A stretch of DNA of 32,284 nucleotides from a virus (taxonomy: Duplodnaviria > Caudoviricetes), in IMG/VR virus record IMGVR_UViG_3300010366_000037, positions 1 to 32,284 of that record; one strand, given 5' to 3'. The position numbers and the translations under genes were made by a program. The notes below the pieces were generated by a model. The model saw only the letters and a list, made by a program, of their open reading frames with translations. It did not search any database and had not been told where the DNA came from. Positions 25,936-32,284 of the stretch are shown one piece after another. Each line of letters begins with the position of its first letter. Position 1 is the stretch's first letter.

Positions 25936-26434
25936 GTTTCACCACCCCATAGTCGTCCTGAAGTGTAACTTTCTCACCTTCAGTATTATGGAAGGTATAC
26001 GTAGTTCCAGCCCGAATAGCGTGTTCCGCTATATCACGAGCTTCTTCTAGTCGTTCTGCGAAGCGCTGTCGTTCTCCGGCTCGTAGATGATCGTTATTCG
26101 CGTCGATCCGCTCAAGAATTGAACCACGCAACGTGTCAGCGTTATAGATTCTTTCGTAGATTCTTCCATCGAGTTGCCAGGTTGTAAAGACGACTCGATC
26201 AAATCCATCAGCGCAATGCTCAATGATTCGATAGGGGGCATCAGTAATTTCTTCAAACCTTCCTGGATCGAGGAATTGAACATCAAGCACAGGCCATCGT
26301 CTACGAATTTCTTCAACTACACCAAGGACGTCTTTCTCCACCCTTACGCCCCTGCCTAAATCGATCAAACGTTGCGCAGTATGCGGATCGGTAGTTCTGC
26401 CTGACATTTGATTCCCCGCCCCGTAGCCGGCCAT
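25922..26434 (-). CDS. hypothetical protein downstream of capsid gene
   Basis: ORF fills the gap; start uncertain. Confidence 0.7.
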   Translation of the reverse strand: MAGYGAGNQMSGRTTDPHTAQRLIDLGRGVRVEKDVLGVVEEIRRRWPVLDVQFLDPGRFEEITDAPYRIIEHCADGFDRVVFTTWQLDGRIYERIYNADTLRGSILERIDANNDHLRAGERQRFAERLEEARDIAEHAIRAGTTYTFHNTEGEKVTLQDDYGVVKRERR

Positions 26435-26443
26435 TCCCGACGT

Positions 26444-26453
26444 AACTACAGGG
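26444..26453 (-). repeat. dispersed 10-mer CCCTGTAGTT
   Basis: intergenic, after the capsid gene, 9 nt upstream of ATG 26434 in sense orientation. Confidence 0.8.
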
Positions 26454-26474
26454 CGGGAGAATTCACCGGGTCAA

Positions 26475-27686
26475 TTAAGACTCAGTGAGGTTGTCGAGGC
26501 AGGCATTCGCATTTCGCTGCGTAATACCGACCTGCCAATACTTACGCATCAGCGCCTGCCACGAGTCGTAATCGACGACCCACTTCAGAATCGAATTGTC
26601 GTCGTCAGCCCACGCCCAATCCTTCGAGCGATAAACCTTCCACTTCGATTCGTCGAGCATATACATGATGGAGACGGGTGCATCCACATCTTCGACAACT
26701 GGGATTTCTGTCCCATAGTTGAACGGAAGACCCTGGAAACCACCAGGATAGCTCTTTGTGTCAGTGAAACGACGCTGCTGAGTAAGCAGGTTGAAATACG
26801 AACGCCGCACACCGAGACTGGTGAGAATAACTGAAACCTTTCCACCATTTCGCCGTACAGCATCGCACGTCTTGATCATCAGGGCTTCGGAAAGCGGGCG
26901 GTTTGTTCCCGGCCGGTCAACTACCGCAGCCCAAAGCGGCTGAGTTGCAGGATCGACGCCATGAATTGCACCCGTCGAATCTACAATCGAACCGATTCCC
27001 TCTGGTTCCTGCAAACGGTTACCCATTCGATAAACCGCATGGCCTGTAGTTGTTGGGCCAAACGAAGTCGAGAAAGTAACCGTGTTGGTTGCATAGTTGA
27101 TCGCTGTAATTGTCGTCGGCGCACCAACTGTTGACTGAACACCGCCGGTTGCTGAACCGGAAGCCGCAACAAGAACATCAACAGCTTCACCAAGCTGAAG
27201 GTTCTGGGCGTTGTCAACCGTATGCGCTGTTGCGGTTGCCGTGTCGGTAATGAAGCAGATCGCTCCGTTTCCCTGACGGTTCCCGTAAGCAATACGGTTT
27301 GAGTCCTTCGCAAGATCGTCCTTGAGTCGATTCATTTCCTCATCAAGAGCCGAAGCGAAAGCCTGGAAATTTGTATCTGCCAACTGCATTGTCGGCCCAG
27401 AGAGTCGAATACGGCCGTAACCGTACTTCAGACGAACTTGGACCGCTGCGTACGCCTGGTTACCGGGATTGGAAAGCTGAGTTTCCTCTGCACGGTACGA
27501 GATACCAGTATTGCGCTGGACACGAATTGGGAAAGTGACATACTTTCCACCAACCGTCTCCACAATGCCGTCAGAGGATTTCTCGATCCTCTTCAGCGCA
27601 TTGTATTCCTCGTTGAGTTGGTCCTGAATTCGACCCTCGTAAATCTCCTTCAGGATGGCATTCACGGTTGTGAGAGTTGCACCCAT
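26475..27686 (-). CDS. major capsid protein
   Basis: 403 aa after scaffold; AILKEIY...QLN, GDG-like YGN, IPVVED.D.P motifs; biased codons. Confidence 0.85.
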   Translation of the reverse strand: MGATLTTVNAILKEIYEGRIQDQLNEEYNALKRIEKSSDGIVETVGGKYVTFPIRVQRNTGISYRAEETQLSNPGNQAYAAVQVRLKYGYGRIRLSGPTMQLADTNFQAFASALDEEMNRLKDDLAKDSNRIAYGNRQGNGAICFITDTATATAHTVDNAQNLQLGEAVDVLVAASGSATGGVQSTVGAPTTITAINYATNTVTFSTSFGPTTTGHAVYRMGNRLQEPEGIGSIVDSTGAIHGVDPATQPLWAAVVDRPGTNRPLSEALMIKTCDAVRRNGGKVSVILTSLGVRRSYFNLLTQQRRFTDTKSYPGGFQGLPFNYGTEIPVVEDVDAPVSIMYMLDESKWKVYRSKDWAWADDDNSILKWVVDYDSWQALMRKYWQVGITQRNANACLDNLTES

Positions 27687-28457
27687 CTATTGTCCTTGTT
27701 CTTTGGCGAGTCGGAGCATTTCTGAAACTACATTTCGTGTGTCCTGACCGGACGCTTTAGCAGGATTGAAAGTACCCTGCTGCCCAACTGCACCACCGCC
27801 GGACAAAACTGTAAATGCCTGGCGTTGCGAATTGCCTCCACCATACTTACTCTGGAATTCAGCTACGGCTTGAACACCGTCCATTCCAGTGGACATTTTC
27901 GCGAGGACGTAATCCTCATCGAAATTTCCATATTGAGCGGAGAGCCAATTCATATAACGATCTAGTTCAGCATCTTCAGCAGCTTCCTGATTCTGAGTGT
28001 TCATTCCGATCACTCGCTCAGCTAAAGCTTGAAGAAGCTGTCCCTGCTGATCCATTTGCTTTAGTCTTTCGACCGCAGCGGGAGGAAGATCACCCCATTC
28101 ATCTGTGGGACCAACTTCGGGAGCAGGAGTCCCGAAATGCTCGTGGAGTGTCTTATAAACAGCCTGCGGATTATCCCGCAAGTATTCATAGACAGACTTC
28201 CATTGAGCTAGGTCTTGATAAGAACCTAGTTCAGTGTACGGTTGGAAACGAGCATAAATGTCATCGAAGCGACGCGTTACTCCTGCGTCCCAATCTTTGA
28301 CATACCGGCCAACGACTTCTCTATCAGCTTCCGGTACTCTAGCTAGAAAATCGTTGGCAAGCCCTTGTTCACCACTCTGTGGTGTTTGCTGCGGTTGGGT
28401 TCCACTTGGCGCAAAGTCATAACTTGGCGGAAGTGGCTGACCCCCTTGATCTGACAT
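27687..28457 (-). CDS. capsid scaffolding protein
   Basis: acidic, helical, between portal and capsid; TAAGGAG RBS. Confidence 0.7.
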   Translation of the reverse strand: MSDQGGQPLPPSYDFAPSGTQPQQTPQSGEQGLANDFLARVPEADREVVGRYVKDWDAGVTRRFDDIYARFQPYTELGSYQDLAQWKSVYEYLRDNPQAVYKTLHEHFGTPAPEVGPTDEWGDLPPAAVERLKQMDQQGQLLQALAERVIGMNTQNQEAAEDAELDRYMNWLSAQYGNFDEDYVLAKMSTGMDGVQAVAEFQSKYGGGNSQRQAFTVLSGGGAVGQQGTFNPAKASGQDTRNVVSEMLRLAKEQGQ

Positions 28458-28466
28458 TTATTCTCC

Positions 28467-28721
28467 TTACGGTCCAAGCACTCGCATTGCGTAGACCATA
28501 TCGTTAAAACTCATGGTATTGAGAACTGCGGTTGTGTAATACGCACTTAGCGCAGCCAACCGTGTTCTCATTGCTGAAACGTTATTGAAGTTGTTCGAGT
28601 TGTAACCGGCGATTACTTCATCACCGCCATTAATATTTGACGGGCCAGTTACAGCCGCCTGCGATTCTTTCGCTATGTTCGCCTCGTTTCCGATTTGAAC
28701 CCATCCACCAAGTGTACTCAT
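28467..28721 (-). CDS. small hypothetical (possibly virion) protein
   Basis: GGAGG RBS; ATGA overlap with portal. Confidence 0.7.
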   Translation of the reverse strand: MSTLGGWVQIGNEANIAKESQAAVTGPSNINGGDEVIAGYNSNNFNNVSAMRTRLAALSAYYTTAVLNTMSFNDMVYAMRVLGP

Positions 28722-30709
28722 TGCGGCCCTCCGGGCGGTAATTGAGGCGGTGCAGCAGGTCTGCCCATTTGCGCCGGCATTGGTTGTGCCTGCTGCATCG
28801 CCTGCATCTGCTGAGTTTGGTATCTCTGCTTGTGTTGCATCAAGTGTTCAAGCAATACTTGTTTCGCACCATCATCCGCCAATTCATATTGCTGCGTTTT
28901 CATATACGCTTCGTGACCAGCAATGTGCGCCACATCATTATCCCATTCATTTACAGGGAATGGTTGCGGCGGCATTTGTTGCGGCTGCATCATGCCGGTT
29001 GTTGGATCAGGTACCAAACTAAGCCCAGGTTGAGCTTCCATCATCTTGTCGTTCTCACGTTGTACCTGACGATCATCAGCCAGAGATTCGTCGTACATAC
29101 GATCAGTTTCAACAAGATGCATGAATTTCAAAACTTGTTGCGGAGTTATCCATCCTCGCGTTCCAAGCTCGACAAGCATTGCTTGGCGGGCGGCACGACT
29201 TCTAGGAGCCGACGAGCCAGCTTCGACTGTGTAATCGACGTTTCCGTTAATCGATTCACTTGTGAACTCTTCGACTTCGTAGGTTTGATTGACACCGAGA
29301 ATACGAACAACACGCGGTTGATCCCAATTTTCATGGACGTGGAAAAGAACATGCCGCCCTATCTTTTCTGTCGCCTCTTCAATGCTCGCTGTAGAGCTTG
29401 AGAGTTTTGAATCGTTCTCTTCCTGGAGATATGCAATTGCTGAAGCCGCTGTAACGCCCGGCGGCGTGCGGCCCTTCGCGATCTCATATTGTCCCGAAAT
29501 ATCATCTATGTCTTTCTGGACGCGGTCGATTTCCTGAATGACGTAAGTAGGCAGAGATTGGAGAGGGAGAGGTTCTGGCTTTTGAAAACCCGGCTGGTAT
29601 TGAATAATGAGGCCAGGCTCGGATGTAATCTTACGAGCATCAATTGATCCTCGAACCGCAACAAGTTGAGGCTTCGACATACGATTTTTAGCCTCAATGA
29701 TCTGGGATCGAGTCCGGTTGTATTCCCTTTGTAGAGGAATGATATCAACCAGAGTCGAATCGCCCCAGAATCTTCCCGACTGAATATGATCCATCTTTGC
29801 GAACGGATATTCGTTGTGGGAATACGGCCAGCCTTGAACTTCCTGGAGAAACTGACTATTCGCATATGTCAGTACTCCACCCTCTGGATATTTACGACAG
29901 GGTTTAATCCACATCTCCTTGACCATTATGTATTGATCAGGAGTCTGTTGAGATACACCGATTGCATTCAGGAACCGCTGTTCCAGCAAGCTGGCAGACA
30001 CATTTGTGTCTGGTGCAACATCTACACCGAACGAATCTTTAACCCAATCACGAGATTTCGCCATAGCATGGATTACTACAGGCTGCAACTCAAGTTCTTC
30101 TTCTTGAGGTTCCAAGACATAGATATGGAACGCATTCACCGGCTCGATTACAATACACCCGGGAACTCCAGATGGGTCTGGTTTATCCTGGTTGTACGAA
30201 TCCTTGATGAAAGCTGTACCTAGAAGCGCCATCCAGAAAACTCCACGTCGGAGAATTCTGTTGTAGCGCAATTCATCCATCTCGTACTCAGCAATCATTT
30301 GCGCAGCACGAGCAGCCTGCAAATCATCGTCGTCCGAACCTCTCGGCCGGACATATGCTTGCGGCTCTTCTTTCGTCAGCTTAGAAACTTCGTTACGAAT
30401 AAGTGGTCTACACTTATTGGATACGAGCCGGACACGCCAAGTTGGAGCGGCCGGTTCGTATAGCCGAGCAACGTTTTGATTGGAAGGTGTTAACCATGTG
30501 ACGTACTGCCGGCCAAAATAAAACGCGAGATTCATGTACCATTGGCGCTCAAAAGGTTCGCGCATTCGCTTTGCGCGGGCGAAAAGTCCTTCAGCCCACG
30601 CAACAGTTTGGGCGAGTTCAGCTTTACCTGCTGCGGTTTTAGCTAGTTGTTGGTCACCATCTGGCCCGTTAGGGTAGATCGAGGCCAAGCTCGCTTCTGT
30701 CGTACTCAT
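28718..30709 (-). CDS. portal protein
   Basis: 663 aa after terminase; F..GRQ, YPF, IIPLQREYN, DISG...G..P..V.A..AI..LQE motifs; Gln-rich tail. Confidence 0.85.
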   Translation of the reverse strand: MSTTEASLASIYPNGPDGDQQLAKTAAGKAELAQTVAWAEGLFARAKRMREPFERQWYMNLAFYFGRQYVTWLTPSNQNVARLYEPAAPTWRVRLVSNKCRPLIRNEVSKLTKEEPQAYVRPRGSDDDDLQAARAAQMIAEYEMDELRYNRILRRGVFWMALLGTAFIKDSYNQDKPDPSGVPGCIVIEPVNAFHIYVLEPQEEELELQPVVIHAMAKSRDWVKDSFGVDVAPDTNVSASLLEQRFLNAIGVSQQTPDQYIMVKEMWIKPCRKYPEGGVLTYANSQFLQEVQGWPYSHNEYPFAKMDHIQSGRFWGDSTLVDIIPLQREYNRTRSQIIEAKNRMSKPQLVAVRGSIDARKITSEPGLIIQYQPGFQKPEPLPLQSLPTYVIQEIDRVQKDIDDISGQYEIAKGRTPPGVTAASAIAYLQEENDSKLSSSTASIEEATEKIGRHVLFHVHENWDQPRVVRILGVNQTYEVEEFTSESINGNVDYTVEAGSSAPRSRAARQAMLVELGTRGWITPQQVLKFMHLVETDRMYDESLADDRQVQRENDKMMEAQPGLSLVPDPTTGMMQPQQMPPQPFPVNEWDNDVAHIAGHEAYMKTQQYELADDGAKQVLLEHLMQHKQRYQTQQMQAMQQAQPMPAQMGRPAAPPQLPPGGPQ

Positions 30710-31031
30710 CCAAACCCGTTTCTACAAGAGTCTCGCCTAAGGGATAATTCATCCCAAGCATTTCTGCGTACTTCCTCATCTCGTTTTCATCCGACAGTCC
30801 TATTCCTTCACCATCCTGTTCTAGTATCCGGTTGGACTGCGACGAAGTCAAGACCTGGAAATGCTCCCACTTTATCGTCATCAGACGATTTAGCAAGTCG
30901 TTCACCTGCTGGCTCTTTGCTAACTCCGATTTCTGGCTCTGGCTGATCAAGGTTTTTGTGAGCCAGAAAATCAGCAAGCTCGCTTGAATCGTGACCAGAA
31001 AGAGAAGCAATAGTGGCCAAAGCGGATTCAT
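30669..31031 (-). CDS. membrane-anchored hypothetical protein
   Basis: N-terminal TM helix followed by coiled coil. Confidence 0.6.
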   Translation of the reverse strand: MNPLWPLLLLFLVTIQASLLIFWLTKTLISQSQKSELAKSQQVNDLLNRLMTIKWEHFQVLTSSQSNRILEQDGEGIGLSDENEMRKYAEMLGMNYPLGETLVETGLDEYDRSELGLDLP

Positions 31032-31278
31032 ATCGTCTCGCTCTTTCTAGAAGGATTTCTCCAAGATGTTCGAGTTCTTCGATTCTCTCTTCGTGAGCAT
31101 GAACATCTCCACACCGGAAGAGAAATGCCATTGTTCCACAGCAGAAATTACAGAAGTAGATGTTACCCCAAAACTCTGCTTGTTTTTCTATATCGAGAAA
31201 CCAAGGCCGATCCGAATCCGAACCGCCACAAATAAGACATACTCCTGGCACAAATTGTGCGTTAGTAACTACCTTCAT
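30808..31278 (-). CDS. hypothetical Zn-binding protein (CxxC...CxxC) with coiled coil
   Basis: ATGA overlap with upstream gene; CLIC, CNFC. Confidence 0.65.
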   Translation of the reverse strand: MKVVTNAQFVPGVCLICGGSDSDRPWFLDIEKQAEFWGNIYFCNFCCGTMAFLFRCGDVHAHEERIEELEHLGEILLERARRYESALATIASLSGHDSSELADFLAHKNLDQPEPEIGVSKEPAGERLAKSSDDDKVGAFPGLDFVAVQPDTRTGW

Positions 31279-31568
31279 TTCGTTGTCTTAGCTGCCGCCT
31301 TGGCCGGTTCTGTATCAGCAGGAGCCGGAACAGGCTCCTCGGTAGGAGTCGGAGCAGGTTCCTCATCTGTGGGAACTTCCAGTGGAGCCGATTCGAAATT
31401 CTCGACGCCAGTGAATCGAACCATCAGATTCGTGTCGTGGTCGGAAAGAGGATAGACCTGCGATCCGTGGAAACCGGAGATAGCAACTGTAGCTCCCGGC
31501 GTCGGGTCCATTTCGAAAGCAGCAACAACCTCTTCCTCGGGTGAGATTACTTCGAGGCGCATTACCAA
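31275..31568 (-). CDS. hypothetical protein with Pro/Glu/Thr-rich tail
   Basis: GGAG RBS; overlaps terminase stop. Confidence 0.7.
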   Translation of the reverse strand: MVMRLEVISPEEEVVAAFEMDPTPGATVAISGFHGSQVYPLSDHDTNLMVRFTGVENFESAPLEVPTDEEPAPTPTEEPVPAPADTEPAKAAAKTTK

Positions 31569-32284
31569 TCTTCTCCCAAAAAGAAATCTGGCTCGGTTGT
31601 GTCCTTCTCTTGAATTCGCATTAACTCTATGTCGTAATCGGCCTCCTTCTTCCGGCTGACCGTTGCCGTCAACATATCTGGAACCGGAGTTGGTTCCATG
31701 ACTTTACCTTCCATCATCGGACGACTGGCAACACCGTAACGAAGCGCATCCATACAATGGTCGTCCTTCTTGTGAGGTTCCTCCTTTGGATTCTTATCGT
31801 CACGAGTTCTTGCTGTAGCCCATGTTGCCCAGCGGTATTTAGCAAACTCTTTGATTGTCAACTCACAATTACGAGTGACAAAGAGAAGTTTTTGCCTTAA
31901 CCTTTGCGCGACAAGATTAATGCCAGCCTCAACGTCATTATTTCCAGGAGCAATATTAATCCCGTTATTGGCATATTCGATATGAACGCTTGTCCCAGTG
32001 ATTGGATCGCTGTTAACAATAGAAGGATCACCCACAGAATAAGCAGGGAGTATACCAAGATCACGCTGTTTAATGTGTACGAGTCTTGCGATATCACTAA
32101 CGACCAAATGATCGACGTAGATTTCATCGTAGATTAGTATCCTTCCGTCAGTATCGGCGCAGCCGAAAAGCCATGCGGTTGGATTATTAAAACCGTGATC
32201 CATCATTCTGAAGTGCGTCCATTCCTTCTGCATATTCGGCCAATATACCGAATTAACTACAGGGGGCAGGACAGCCTCCATTGA
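31562..32284 (-). CDS. terL: terminase large subunit, C-terminal nuclease part (truncated by window edge)
   Basis: MDHGFNNPTA, GDPS, NDVEAGI, DDHCMDALRY motifs. Confidence 0.9.
   Translation of the reverse strand, partial: SMEAVLPPVVNSVYWPNMQKEWTHFRMMDHGFNNPTAWLFGCADTDGRILIYDEIYVDHLVVSDIARLVHIKQRDLGILPAYSVGDPSIVNSDPITGTSVHIEYANNGINIAPGNNDVEAGINLVAQRLRQKLLFVTRNCELTIKEFAKYRWATWATARTRDDKNPKEEPHKKDDHCMDALRYGVASRPMMEGKVMEPTPVPDMLTATVSRKKEADYDIELMRIQEKDTTEPDFFLGEDW
32255..32264 (-). repeat. dispersed 10-mer CCCTGTAGTT
   Basis: AACTACAGGG on +. Confidence 0.8.

Noticed and set aside
28742-29401. 219-aa + strand ORF and other + strand ORFs in the structural arm
   Set aside because: Antisense to portal and other structural genes; no independent signals
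4989-32264. 10-mer as CRISPR repeat or classic stoperator
   Set aside because: Dispersed rather than regularly spaced, and not consistently oriented with transcription; no repressor or integrase seen in the window

Overview
About 32 kb of a tailed dsDNA phage genome with a podovirus-like gene set. The host is probably an Actinobacterium, because a WhiB gene is present. Two convergent arms meet near 13.5-13.9 kb. The + arm (1-13.7 kb) carries small regulatory/accessory genes (C2H2+AT-hook protein, HNH, SLT transglycosylase, oligoribonuclease), a coupled cluster of five small basic or low-complexity proteins, and recombination/replication genes (Cas4-like PD-(D/E)XK nuclease, Sak4-like ATPase, SSB-like, primase-helicase, PolA, RuvC-like). 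The - arm runs terminase (partial), portal, scaffold, major capsid, adaptor, nozzle, three tail-fibre proteins, four probable internal/ejection proteins and WhiB. No integrase, CRISPR array or intact RNA gene was seen. Two unexplained signals stand out: (1) a short peptide motif A-[ILVA]-x-R-R-[ML] shared by all five small proteins at 5.0-6.4 kb and by two putative internal virion proteins about 13 kb away, a candidate capsid-loading or maturation tag; (2) an asymmetric DNA 10-mer CCCTGTAGTT found at least 9 times exactly, plus near matches, across the window. All assignments come from motif recognition and synteny by eye; no searches were run.
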